Positions 35,599 through 51,599 of a stretch of 64,000 bases of DNA are shown here, piece after piece (the first letter of the stretch is position 1; each line of letters starts with the position of its first letter). Location: NCBI RefSeq assembly GCF_009914755.1, contig NC_060927.1. The stretch is one strand, 5' to 3'. A model generated the notes under the pieces. That model did not search any database, had not been told where the DNA came from, and was given only the letters and a program-made list of their open reading frames with translations. A program made the position numbers and the translations under genes. The stretch comes from the human T2T-CHM13v2.0 reference genome, Homo sapiens.

Positions 35599-36460
35599 TG
35601 CATAGTATTCCATGGTGCATATGTGCCACATTTTCTTAATCCAGTCTATCATTGTTGGACATTTGGGTTGGTTCCAAGTCTTTGCTATTGTGAATAGTGC
35701 CTCAATAAACATACCTGTGCATGTGTCTTTATAGCAGCATGATTTATAATCCTTTGGGTATATACCCAGTAATGGGATGGCTGGGTCAAATGGTATTTTT
35801 AGTCCTTGAGGAATTGCCACACTGACTTCCACAATGGTTGAACTAGTTTACAGTCCCACCAACAGTGTAAAAGTGTTCCTATTTCTCCACATCCTCTCCA
35901 GCACCTGTTGTTTCCTGACTTTTTAATGATCGCCATTCTAACTGGTGTGAAATGGTATCTCTTTGTGGTTTTGATTTGCATTTCTCTGATGGCCAGTGAT
36001 GATAAGCATTTTTTCATCTGTTTTCTGGCTGCATAAATGTCTTCTTTTGAGAAGTGTGTGTTCATATCCTTCACCCACTTTTTGATGATGTTGTTTGTTT
36101 TTTTCTTGCAGGGACATGGATGAAGCTGGAAACCATCATTCACAGCAAACTATCGCAAGGACAGAAAACCAAACACTGCATGTTCTCACTCATAGGTGTA
36201 AATTGAACAGTGAGAACACATGGACACAGGAAGAGGAACATCACACACCGGGGACTGTTTTGGCGTGTGGGGAGGGGGGAGGGATAGCATTAGGAGATAT
36301 ACCTAATGCTAAATGAGGAGTTAATGGGTACAGCACACCAACATGGCATATGTATACATATGTAACAAACCTGCACGTTGTGCACATGTACCCTAAAACT
36401 TAAAGTATAATAATAAAATAATAAGTAATAAATAATAAAATAAAATTAAATTTTTAAAAA
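35599..36460 (+). mobile_element. 5'-inverted (twin-primed) L1PA: inverted part 35599-36108, sense part 36106-36460
   Basis: Minus-strand ORF2 ORFs 35524..35832 and 35799..36143 abut a plus-strand 3' end (36095..36316) with an A-tail. Confidence 0.92.
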
Positions 36461-36561
36461 AAGAAGTTAAGAGCTGGGATTCTCACAATATGGCTTGCAG
36501 ACTACAAGTGTGAACTGAGGAGGTCCCCAAAGTCACTTCTTACTAAGGTAATATTTTCTTT

Positions 36562-36705
36562 GTTTTTTTTTAGAGAGAGGGTCTTGCTCTGTCACCCAGG
36601 CTCTAGTGCAGTGTTGCAATCATAGCTCACTGCAGCCTCTACCTCTTTGGTACTAGTCATCCTCCCACCTCAGCCTCCCCAGTAGCTAAGAGTATAGGTG
36701 TACAC
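36562..36705 (-). mobile_element. Alu monomer (AluJ right arm or FRAM)
   Basis: agggtcttgctctgtcacccagg...catagctcactgcagcctc; weak TSD aaggtaatat/aaagtaatgc. Confidence 0.8.
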
Positions 36706-38504
36706 AAAGTAATGCTTTATTAAATGTTTTATTGCCTTTTTATTCTAAAAGCTATACTTGATCAATATAGAAAATATAAAATAATAAAAACTACAGAAGA
36801 AACAAAATTTATCAACAATTACCAACTAAAAATAATGACTTAGACATTTCATCACTCTTGCAATATTTCCATTAATAGCTATTTATCTAGTGGATGGAAT
36901 ATTTTCCATGTTATTTCCTAATTAGTCATGTCTAATGTAAAAGGAAGTTCTTGAAATCCATCTAATATATCGATCCTTTGATTATTTTTTCAATAATTTT
37001 AATTAATTCATTTGCACTTTCAAAGCATATTATCTTTTTCTGAAAATTATTTTCTGTCTATTGTATACAACATTTCTGTTTCATATCTTATGCATTGGTT
37101 GTAACCTCTAGAACAATGTCAAATAAAAATTATAATACATGACATTTTTAACTGATTTTAATGGAAGTACAGGTAGATATTTTGCTCTTTGGTTTGAGAT
37201 GTTCTATGTTATCTGAAAAAAATCTCATTCTTAGTTTCTAAGGAACTTATTACAGGAATGGTTGTTATACTTACTATATGTCTAAAAAAAGAAAAAGAAA
37301 AGAAAAATGCATTTAAAGTGGCTGAATGTGAAAGTATGAACACACTAACTGGGGATTCTGGAATAAATGTATTAATTGGCTTATTGTGCTTGATTGGATA
37401 ATCAAAATCCAACCTAAATGGTATCCTATGTTAAAGGAATTTGAGTTAGTGTAACTTTCTTAATGTTCATAAACAAATGCCAAAGCTAAAAAATATAGGG
37501 ATGTTTAAATGGGTTTATTATTTCTGTTATCTCTTGGAAGATCCTCAGAGGACATTCCTGTCATGAAAGCATTGAAAATATTTTTGTGAGGGAAGTACCA
37601 GCACCCTTGAAGCACTCTGCATTCTCTGCATTGGATGTATTCATGAGGCATGGATTAACTAACGAGGACTGGGCTCCTTGATGTTAATAGGCATACCAGT
37701 ATCCCACTGTAGACAAAGCCAAATTATAGCACTTAACAGCCACTGATTTAACAACCAATATGGTTACTAAAATGGACAGCAGTACTGAAATAGCAATATT
37801 AATAATTTTCACGTTGGGTATCTTTGGAAGTAGCAAATTGATCATAAAGACTCTAGAACTGAAAAAGATGAACCAATATACCAACATGTTATGTAATGTT
37901 TAGAAAAAAAATCATAAAATCCTCTATCTGGAGACTTTATTTGAGTGGTCATGGTGGAGAATAGCAAAATGAATAAATAAATAATTTTAATTACTAACTT
38001 ATTTCATAAGAATTCCATAGGTTGCTATTTTTGTTGGTGTCTATAACAAAATAAGACTGAAGTGCTAGCTTATGATTCAATACATCCAACAGTACATACA
38101 ATATCTGTACAAATTCATACAGGGAATAAAAACCTGGCAAACATCTAGGTTTGGGAGCAAAGCCATGTCTTTTTCTACAAATAACAACTCCTTAAGAAAA
38201 AAAAAAAAAAACAAAAAAACATCAACTTTGCTATGAAACCCACAGTAGAGATTTGATGGGCTATCTTACCTAGTAACCATACGGTCTGAGCTCTCCAACA
38301 TGATTACAATTAGCTATTATCCGATCCATAAAGCCCTACAGTTGGGCTGTTATAGATTCTGATACCACAAATAGTTTTATGATCAAATATTTCAGACTCT
38401 CATGAGATCTATTTTGCCTGAATTTCCACCTCTTCTTCAGTCCATATCCAATGGCCTCATAGGGGATTTCATAAAAAACAATTGACTGGTAAAGAAAAAA
38501 ACAA

Positions 38505-39441
38505 CCATTCTGATAGGAATTGGCTTATGGGGTTGTGGAGGCTGCTGTGGACCAAATGTTTGTGCCCCAACCCCTACATTTATATCTTGAAACTCCAAAC
38601 CCCAGTGTAATCCTATTTGGTGGTAGGGCCTTTGAAATGTAATAAAAATTTGATTAGATTCTGAGGGTGGAATCCTCATGATGGGATTAACACCCTTATA
38701 AAAGAGAAGTAGATGAGCGCTCTCTCTCTGTCTCTCTCTCTCCCCTTCTCCCTTTCTCTCTCTCTTTTTCTCCTCCTCTCCCTCTATCTCTCTCTCTCTT
38801 TCTCTCTCCTTCTGTATCCCCCTTCCCCACCCCACCCCCTTTCTCAGCATGCATTCATCAAAGAAGGCCACGTGATGACATAATTAGGAATAAAGAGGGC
38901 TGCCGCCAAGAACCCAACCATTCTGGAACCTTAATCTAGAACTTCCAGCTTTCAGAGTTGTGAGAAATAAATATTTCTTGTTTAAGCCACCTAATCTATA
39001 GTATTATGTTATAGCAACCTAAACTGATTGAGAGGGAGACTCAGAAGTCTCAAATTTGCAGTCAGCAAGCTGGAGAACCAGGAGAGCCAATGATGTAAGT
39101 TTTGGTCCTTTAGCCCATGAATATGCAAGCTCAAGAGCCAAGAAGAGCTGAGTTTTAGTTCAAGTCCAAAGGCAAGAAAAGCAGATGTTTCAGCTTAAGT
39201 AGTCAGGCGGGAGGAGTTCCCTCTTAAACGTGGGAGGATGAGCCTTTTTGTTCTCTTCTGGCCTTCAACTGATTAGATGAGGGCCACCTACATTAAGGAG
39301 GACAATCTGCTTTACTTATTCTACCAATTCAAATGTTAGTCTCATTCAAAACACCATTAAAGACATGCTCAGAATAAGGTTAGGCCAAATAGTTTGGCAT
39401 CCTGCTGTCCAGTCAAGTTCACACATAAAATTGGCCATCAT
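38505..39441 (-). mobile_element. MLT2 (ERVL) LTR interrupted by an MLT1A-type LTR
   Basis: aggaattggcttatgg...tgcagtcagcaagctggagaaccaggagagcc...ccagtcaagttcacacataaaattggccatca. Confidence 0.75.
38543..39033 (+). mobile_element. MLT1A/B-type MaLR LTR with an internal (CT)n pyrimidine tract
   Basis: tgctgtggaccaaatgtttgtgcccc...gagaaataaatatttcttgtttaagccacc. Confidence 0.8.
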
Positions 39442-40267
39442 AAACATAAAATATAACAGCGAAGTCCCCTTGGGGGCAGAACCTTGAGTATGGCATCTGT
39501 TTGTTCACTTCATTTGAGAAACAAATTGCCCAGAGGTTCCAATAATTCATTTGAACCTTAATTCATCCATACTAACAATCAGATGTGTTGATTAATAATT
39601 TATGCGGATGACAAATACCTTAGAAACTGTACAATTATAAGGCTGGGAAAAAGTTTAGTGTAGATTAAGGAGAAAACTCAAGAACTGGCAAAGTAGGTAA
39701 ATATATATAGTATCTGTGTATATATTTTCAAAAACAAATGCTGTGAAAGAAATCTGCAATAATCACATAGTAAGATTTCTCATTCAGTGAATGTCCACCA
39801 ACCTCTTTACCTGTTACCTTTAGCTTATTCAGTGGAATCATTAGCAAACTGAGAATGAATGCTGGTATAGAAGTGGTGTAGCCTCAAGTCCATAAACTTC
39901 TCCTCACCAAGGTAAATCTGGCTACCTCCACTGCTTAATGACTAAAATGCCCATAGCAAGAACCAAAGAGAAGCCCTTCATATGGTATATATTCCTGAAG
40001 GAAAATATAGCAGTAAATTCTGGTGTCAGTTTAATAAACTTTTAGTTTTCAGTCACAGGGGTGGCAGCAATTTGTCCCCACCGGTATCGCCACTTCTCCG
40101 TCTGCAATGTTTGGACCTCATTCTCATCTATGAATTCACAAAATGAATGATTTGCTGCCCTGATAACCTATGTCGCTTATGTACAGCAAGGTAGTAAAGC
40201 AATAGATTCATTCTCAGGGGAATCACTCACATCACTATGTACCCCATCATCCTGAAGAAGTGAGCAT

Positions 40268-40581
<314 letters not shown>

Positions 40582-43177
40582 CTAATAATATAGTGGGACA
40601 GCTTATAGAAGACTTAAATATGACATTTTGCATATAATAACACTTGGTGGGTTTGGAGAAATGTTCTACAAATTTTAGTTTATGCTCTGATGACAAAAAA
40701 AAGGTACCTGTTTCTCTTCTAGCCAAAAAAAGAAAAAAAAGATTGGGAAATGGATTGTTGAAAATGAGAATGACTTATTTTATTATAACCCTGAAAACTT
40801 CCCTCCAAAATTTTAAAATTCCCATTCCTATAATTTACTGTGTTGATGATTTCTTGATCTATGTTCCTAAGGAAAAAAAAAAAGAAACTTTTACAAGGGC
40901 ACAATGACCATTTCAATGAACTGGAAATTGGGAAAACTACCTCACCATTATGGGTTCCTAATACAACAGAACCAATAGGTAAAAGAAGATGTATTAAATG
41001 TTTGCAGTCATAATTCTAATTCTAATTCATAAAGAAGCAGCAGGATTTCTGTTAATCAATAGAGTCTGAAAGGGTTACGTTTTTAAACCAGTGGTTTCTC
41101 TGAGGTGTCTTTCAATATTTCCATATCTAGTGATAAACAACAATAAATGACAACAATCAAATATAGGCAAGATCAAACACTTTGGGAATAAAAAATTAAG
41201 TCCCCATACTAAGCAATGTGTTGTAAATTTGGGGGGAGTTAATTGTGGACAAATGGAACATGAAATGGAATGGAAAGTAAAAGAAAAGAGTTTTAAGTAC
41301 TAACTAATATCCTGTCTATGCAGGTAATTGCTGGGAGACTCCTGGTCAGGCTTGCCAAACTCCATTCCATATTAGATTCTAAAAAGGCCCTGAATTTCAG
41401 TTCCATCTCCTTACAATGGCAGTCTGGGAGCAATCTTGCCCACATAGAGATATGCTAGGAGTCTTGCCCACCAGTGACATGGGCTCGGCTTGCCAATTCT
41501 GGTCCCACAGAAAATTCTGAAATAACCCAGACGCTCAGTTTTAGCCATCTTTCAACTGTGATCTGAGAGTAGGTTTGCCCAGGAAGAATCCTACTTTGAG
41601 ATATGCCTGTCTGAGTTCCTGTGGAAGGCTTGGCAATTTGTCCCACAGCAGATCCTCAAATGCCCTGGATCTCAGGCCCAGTCCCTCTTGTTTGTAGACT
41701 TAGAGCAGTTCTGTCCACCTGGAGACCCAGAAGGGGGCATGTCCCACAGTGCTCTGCAGGCTGACACACTGACCTCAGTCCCACTGTGAATCCTAAAGTG
41801 GCCCTGGAAATTGGCTCTATCAATCACTTCTCAACTGCAGTATGAAAGCAGGCCTGCTCACTCGGAAAACTGCTGGGAGACACCCTATTAATGGCCTCAG
41901 AGACAGGCCTAAAGATTTCGGTCTCAGCTGTGGCCTCATATAAACTCGTGCCTCAGTTCCAGCTCATTTTAGCCATCAACTTGAAAAGTACAGCCAGCCC
42001 AAGGATTCATCCAGTGATATAACAGGAGCCCTTCCAGAGACCTGGTGAAAACCACATCCATCATGCATGTGGTAACAGACCTGCCATTTGCAAACCCTGA
42101 AATGAGACTTAATTATAGCACAGATCCATAGACCAAAGGACTGGAGAAAGTCCAGTCTACCCAGGGACCAGATAGGACCCACATGCAATAGAGCCTCTGG
42201 TAACAGACCTGCTCACTGCATTCTCCATTGCAGATGCAGCATCAGCCATGAGACCCAGATGCAATCCCACTTAACTGCTATCCCACAGGCAATCCCATCA
42301 GCCCAGAGACCAAACAGATTATTTTCCCTTGCTGAAACCAGTCTGTAAACAATGAAAGAAGGGTTTGCTACTTCCAGTATACAGACACCAATGCAAGACT
42401 GCATGGATAACAAAGAATCAAGCACACATATTACCACCAAAGAAAACCAATAAAGCTTCAATAACCAACTCCAAAGAAATGAAGATATACGAATTGCCAG
42501 GAAAAAAATTCAGAATAATCATCTTGAAGCTCAGTGAGATGCAACAATATATAGACAACTAAATAAAATTAGAAAATAATGCATTAACAAAATAAGAAGT
42601 TTAATAATTAAATAGAAACAACTCCCCACCCCCAAGAAAAAAACAGAAGAATCTCTGGAGCTGAGAAAAATCAATGACAGAACTGAAAAACTCAACAGAC
42701 AATTTCAACAGCAGACTCAACCATGTGGAAGAAAGAATTAGTGAACTCAAAACAGGTCATTTGAAATTAGCCAATTACAGGAACAAAAAGAAAAATATAT
42801 ATAAAAAGAATAATAAAAACATATGGGCCTACAGAACATAACAAAATGTGCAAGTATATAAATTATGGTAGTACCAGAAAGAGAAGAGAAATAGAAAGGG
42901 GAAGAAAGCTTATTCTAAGAAATATTGCCTGAGAACTTCTAAAATTTTGGAAATGATGTGGACATGCAGATTCGGGAGGTCCAAAGCATGGTAAGCAAGA
43001 TCAAATCAAAAAAAGAACACTCCAAGACACATTATAATCCAATTGCCAAAAGTCAAAGAGGATTTCAAAAGAGCAAGAGAGAAGAAACTTGTCACATGTA
43101 AAGAATCTTTCATAAGGCCATCAGCAGATTTTCAACAGAAATCTTTCAAGCCAAGAGAAAATGGGATGACATATTCA

Positions 43178-44547
<1,370 letters not shown>

Positions 44548-44736
44548 AAGAAACAGCTGTAGGAACTGAAAGTGTTTAGCTCAGATGTGACTAAGGGGTA
44601 TCAATTGGTGTCTTCAAGTATTGTGGCTCTCGTAGATAAGAGAATGAAAAACACAAAAAAGAAAAAAGAAAAAAGTTTTAAAAAGAGAGAATGAAGTAAT
44701 TTAATTACACTAGAGCCTAGGTGCAATGAGAAGTTA

Positions 44737-45297
<561 letters not shown>

Positions 45298-45597
45298 CTA
45301 ATATTATAAAGGTAGTCTGTAAATCACTCTTTTGTGTAAGAGTTAAAAACAAAATTCATTTTTTAAAAAAGCTATGATTGATTAACAGATACAAAATATA
45401 CATCCATAGCATGATATTAATAGCATAAAATGTTAAAGTAAAATACAACATCAATAGCATAGCCTGTGGAGGAAAAGAATTAAAAGTGCAGTGTCTTGTA
45501 TGCAATTGAAGTTAAGTCACTGTCAGCTTAAATTAGGGTATTATAATATGACGGTGTTTTATGTAAGTCTCAGGGTAGCCATAAAGCAAAAACTTCA

Positions 45598-45905
45598 GCA
45601 GGGTGTGGTGGCTCATGCCTGTAACCCCAGCACTTTGGGAGGCTGAGACGGGAGGATCACAAGGTCAGGAGTTTGAGACCAGCCTGACCAATATGGTGAA
45701 ACCCCATCTCTACTTAAAATACAAAAATTAGCCAGGCATGGTGCATGTGCCTGTAATCCCAGCTACTCAGGAAGCTGAGGCAGGACAATCACATGAACCC
45801 GGGTGGCAGAGGTTGCAATGAGCTGAGATAGTGCCACTGCATTCCAGCCTGAGCGACAGAATGAGGCACTGTCTCAAAAAAAAACAAAAACAAAAACAAA
45901 ACAAA
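45598..45905 (+). mobile_element. AluS (Sg-like) in the L1M inter-ORF region
   Basis: Full dimer with (caaaa)n tail. Confidence 0.9.
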
Positions 45906-46170
45906 AACTACTAAATACACAAAATACAGAGAGAAAGAAATAAATTATACCACTACAAGATTAAAACAAATCATAAACAAATACAGCCAGAGTGAAATAA
46001 AGGAACAAAATAATTTCAAAACATTTAGTCTAAATGTAAATGGATTAAATTCTCAATTTAAAAGCCACAGAGAAGATGAATGGATTAAAAAAAATTAAAA
46101 AATGAAAAACCAAAGATCTATCAAAACACTGCCTACAACAGACTCACGTTAGCCATTAGAACAAACATAA

Positions 46171-46465
46171 GGCCAGATTCAGTGACTTATACCTATAACT
46201 CTAGCATTTGGAGACACTGAGAGAGGAGGATTGCTTGAGGCCAGGAGTTGAGACTAGTGTGGGCAACATAGCAAGACCCTATCTCTACAAAAAAAAATTT
46301 AAGTTAGCCAGCCATGGTTGTGCATGCCGATAGTCCCCACTACTCAGGAGACAGAGGCAAGAGGATAGCTTGATCCCAGAAGTTTGAGGCTACAGTGAGT
46401 TCTAAACATGCTACTGAACTCCAGCCTGGACAATATAGCAAGATCCTGTCTCTTTAAAAAATTTG
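46171..46465 (+). mobile_element. AluJ inside the L1M endonuclease region
   Basis: ggattgcttgaggccaggag...gggcaacatagcaagaccc J-type diagnostics. Confidence 0.85.
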
Positions 46466-48922
46466 TTCTAACAATAAACATAGATTGAGAGTGAAGGTAA
46501 GGAAAACATATTTTAGGCAAATGATAATCAAAAGCGAGCAGGCGTGGCTACACTTAGACAAAATCGACTTAAAGTCAGAAACAGTAAACAGAGACAAGGA
46601 AAGTCAACATATAATGATAAAGGGGTCAATTTAGCAAGAGGATATAAGAGTTTTTAATATATATGCACCTACATCAGAGCACCTATACATATAAAGCAAA
46701 TACTAATAGATCTGAAGGGTTAGATAGACTGCAATATAATAATATTATATATAGATAGAATACATGATAGAATACATCAAGAAGAAATAGAAATCTAAAC
46801 AGACCATAGTAGGAGACTTCAGTACTCCACATTCAACATTGCGTAGATCATCCAGACAGAGAATCATTGGAAAAATAGTGGAACTGAATAACACTTTGGA
46901 TGTAGACCTAATTGACATACATAGAATATTCCATCCAACTGAAACAGAATACATCTTTTTTTAACGACACATGGAATATTTTCCGCAATAGATTATACAT
47001 TAGGCCACAAAACAAGTCTTAACACATGTAAGAAGATTAAGATCATACCAAGTATTTTTTTCTGACTCTAATGGAATGAAAATAGAAATCAGTAACAGGA
47101 GAAATATTAGAAAGTTTACAAATATACGGAAATAAAACAACATGCTTCTGCAACACCAAAGGTGAAAGAAGAAATTGAAAGGGACATCAAAAAATCCTGA
47201 GACAAACAAAAGTAAAAACACAACATACTAAAACTTTGGAGATGCAGCAATAGCAGTTCTGAGAAGGAAGTATACAGCAATAAATGCCTACATAAAAAAA
47301 GAAGAGAAACCAAATAAGCGATTTAATAGTACACCTCCAGGAACTATAAAAGAAAGATAAATTATACTCAAAATCATTAGAAAGAAGGAGCGCATAAAGA
47401 TTAATGAAATAGGGAGTAGAAAAACAATAGAAATATCAACAATAAAAAGAAATGGTTTTTTGAAAAGATAAACATAATTGACAAAACATTAGCCAGATTA
47501 ACTACAAAAAGAGAGAAGACTCAAGTAAATAAAATCAGAAATGAAATAGGAGAAATTACTACTGATATCACAAAATTACAAAGGATCATGAGTGACCATT
47601 ATGAATGATTATACACCCACAGATTGGGTAAACTAGAAGTGGATAAATTCCTATAAACGTATAACTTAGTAAGAATACATTAAGAAGAAATAGAAATCTA
47701 AACAGACCAATAATTAGTAAAGAGATTAAATCAATAATAATAATAAACAATTCTCATCAAAGAAAAGCTTAGGACCAGATGGCTTCATGGTAGAATTTTA
47801 CCAAACATTTAAAGACTAATTCATAGCAATCCTTCTCAAACACTTCCAAAAAATTGAAGAAGAAAGAATATGTCCAAACTAATTTTACAAGGTCAGCATT
47901 ACGCCTAATACCAAAGCCAGATAAGAATGCTACAACAACAGAAAATTACAGGATAATATACTTGTTGAACGTAGATGCAAACATTCTTGACAAAATACTG
48001 GCAAATTAAATTCGACAGCACATTAAAAGTATCATTTGCCATAATCAAGTGTAATTTATCTTTAGGATGCAGGGAAGTTTCAACATATGCAAATCAATAA
48101 ATGTGATACATCATATTAACAAAATGAAGGACAAAAACCTTATTATTACCTGAATAGATGTAGAAAAAGCATTTGACAAAATTCAACATTATTTCATAAT
48201 AAAACCTCTGAACAAATGAGTCAAGAAGAATGGGAATTTTATTCAAAATAGTATTGGAAGTTCGAGATAGTGCAATTAGACAAGAAAAAGGGGAAAAAGG
48301 AATCCAAAGGGGAAGAACAAAGTGAAATTTTCTCTATTTGCTGATGACATGTTCTTGTACACACAAAACCCTAAAAGGCCAACAATATCTGGTACAATTC
48401 ATAAAAGAATAGAGTAAAGTTGCAGGACTTAAAATCAAGCTGCAAAATTCAGAATTTATTTATACTATCAATGTGCTATCTGGAAAAGAAATTAAAGAAT
48501 CAGTCTCATTCACAACATTTTAAAAGAACTCTTAGTAGTAAAATTTAACCAAGGAGTGGAAGATCTGTATACTGAAATCTGCAAACAATAAAGAAATGGA
48601 AGAAGACACAATCCAATGGAAAGGCGAAATTCCATGATCACAAATTGAGATAATGAATATTGTTAAAATGTCCATACTACTCCAAATAATCTACAGATTC
48701 AATACAATTTCTATCAAAATTCCAATGCTTCCTTTTATGGAAATAGAAACAACCATCCCCAAACTCATATGGAACCACAAAAGACCCTGAATACACAAAA
48801 TAATCATGAGCAAAAAGAACAAAGCTGAAAGCATCACACTACCTTACTTCAAAATCCATTACAAAGCTATAGTAATCAAAATAGCATGGTGTTGTCATAA
48901 AAACAGACACATTGACCAATGG

Positions 48923-49213
48923 TTAATTAAATAATACATCTTTACAGTTGAAAGGAATAGCTTCAAGAGATCTACTGTACAGTATGATGATGTTATAGTT
49001 AATAATGACATACTGTATTATCAAAAAATGCTAAGACAGTGGATGTTAAGTGTTCTTATCACAAAGATGATAATTATGTGAGATAGCGCATTTGATAATT
49101 AGGTCGATGTAATCATTCCACAATGTGTAAATATTGCAAAACATCATGTTGTATGCTATAAATACATTGTTTATGTCAGTTTTAAAATGAATAAATTTGA
49201 GGAAAAAAAACAC
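48923..49213 (+). mobile_element. L1MA 3' UTR fragment nested in the host L1 ORF2
   Basis: TSD cagacacattgaccaatgg 48904-48922 / cagacacattggccaatgg 49214-49232; A-tail. Confidence 0.8.
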
Positions 49214-50019
49214 CAGACACATTGGCCAATGGAACATAATAGAGAGCTCAGATATAAACTCACACATTTATGGTTAATTGATTTTTTATAAAATGCCAAG
49301 AACATATAATAGAAAAAGGACAGACTTCAATAGATAGCATTGAGAAAACTGGATACCCACACACAAAAAAACGAAATTAGACCCACATCTCTCACCATAT
49401 ACAAAATCAACTAAAATGGATTAAAGACTTACACATAAGATCTGAAACTGTAATAGTACTGGAAGTAAATAGAGGGGAAATATTCCAGGACATTTGCCTA
49501 GGCAAGTATTTCTTGGATATTACCTCAGAAACACAGTGAAAAAAAAGCAAGAAAACAAACAACCCAATTAAAAAATGAACACAGAACCTAACTAGACATT
49601 TCTCAAAAGAAGATACACAGATGGTCAACAGGTTTATGGAAAAAATGCTCATCATCGCTCATCATAATGAAAATGCAAATTAAAACCACAATGAGATAAG
49701 ATCCCATACACATTACAATGGCTATTATCAAAACAATAATACATGTTGATTAGGGTGTGGAGAAAAGGGAATCCTTGTACATTGTAAGCAAGGATGTAAA
49801 TTAATATAATTATTATGGAAAACAATATGAAGTATTCTAAGAAAACTAAAAATATTATTACCATATGAACCTGCAATCTTATTTCTGGGTATATATCCAA
49901 AGGGACTAACATCCATATGCTAAGAAGATATATGCACTACCATGTTCATTACATTATTCACAATAGCTAAGCTAAGGAATCAACCTAAGTGTCCATCATC
50001 ATATGGATGGATTTTTAAG

Positions 50020-50055
<36 letters not shown>

Positions 50056-50379
50056 GTTCAGCTTTAAAGAAGGAAATTCTGTCATTTGCAACTTGATGAA
50101 TCTGGAGGACATTACACTAAGTGAAATAAGCCGGGAACAAAAAGACAATTACTACATGATTTCACTTATATGTGGAATCTAAAAAAAAAAAAAAAAATGA
50201 ACTCATAGGAGTAGAGAGTAGAATGGCAGTTAGCAGAGGCTGAGAGAGGAGCTTAGATGGGGAAAGGGGATATATGAAAAAAATTTCAATTAGACATCAA
50301 GAATAAGCTTTAGTGATCAATTAAACAGAATGGTAACTATAATAAACAATAATGCACTGCACATTTTAAAATACATAAA

Positions 50380-51260
50380 TGCCATTTGCTAAGTAAGAAC
50401 TATAGTAATATGCATATTTTCTTCATTGTTTTGCATCTTACCAATTGCCTTTCTTTTTTCCACATAACTACATATAAAGTGATTTGGTAGAAGTGAATTT
50501 TATCATTCAATCTTTTGTTACCAGATATAGAAGTAGACTTGTGATTGAATTAGAAAAGGAATAAACACTATGTAGTTCTGTATGCAGTGACTGATGAGAA
50601 TTTGGTGAAGAGAGGAAAGACATTGTTGTTAGTCACATCATGTTAAGTAGTCATATGATGTTGCTGTCATTTGTTGTTTTGCACATAAGCATGAATAGAA
50701 GGTTATCTATTGATATGGAGGAACCAAAAGGGGGGACTGTGTCAGATTGGTTATTGGTGCTTAGAAGCATTTTCACCCCCTTCTATGCTCTATTCTTAAC
50801 TTAGAAACCGATGGCTGGGAAATAAGTTTCCCAGAATGCATGTGGAAAGACTTCTATTAGATTATAATAATGAAAGAGATTCTTGTTGGATTTGGAAGTC
50901 AGAAGTGAAACACAGTTATCATTCTTCCTCTTGCAACAACAGGCAGACACATAGATGGGATAGATGTGAGACTTTTTAGTGTCCATTGTCTATTGCCCTA
51001 AGAATCACTCACTTTGGTGCTGCAGCCAGCACTGCAGTAACCATCAGCAATAATTTCCTGAACTTTTTGAGCTGGGTTGAAAATAGCAACTTTATGATTC
51101 CCCAAAAGCTAGCAACAAACCTGAGATATATTGGTGGCTTTCCTTGACCTTTCCTCATCACTCCTTTCAATGAATTTGTAAGCATTTAATTTCCTGTGTT
51201 AAACTCCATACTGTTTGCAATGTTTAAAGAGGCTTATGTTATCTGAATCATCAATGATAA
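50380..51260 (+). mobile_element. End of the ERVL internal region, polypurine tract and 3' LTR (LTR33-like, from ~50738)
   Basis: Purine tract aaaagggggggac immediately before tgtgtcag; the sequence continues the ERVL pol end interrupted at 41310. Confidence 0.5.
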
Positions 51261-51599
51261 AAGATTATAATTTCAGTGACTAAGGACTTTAAGACATAGA
51301 AAGTAATACTACCTGTAAAAATTACTATACCTATTAAAAATATTACTAGGCATATAACAAAATAGTTGCTGATTTGTTTATAAAATGACCTTTACCATCA
51401 ATCATCAATAGCAAAAAAAGCATTATATATTAATAATTAATAACAATAAAAATGATACACATCTAAAAAGAAATTAGGTAAGTAATATTAAGAAGCAATA
51501 CTTAAAAATTACATAATGGCCATTGTTATCTCCTGCTAATTTTTTGTCAGAGACTACCACTGAAATCAAAATCCGCTGAGAGAGAAATAGTCAAAGCAT

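Noticed and set aside
41320-42330. ~125-bp degenerate tandem units (and ~65-bp units at 14950-16000)
   Set aside because: Consistent with the repetitive 5' UTRs of old L1M families, directly upstream of ORF1.
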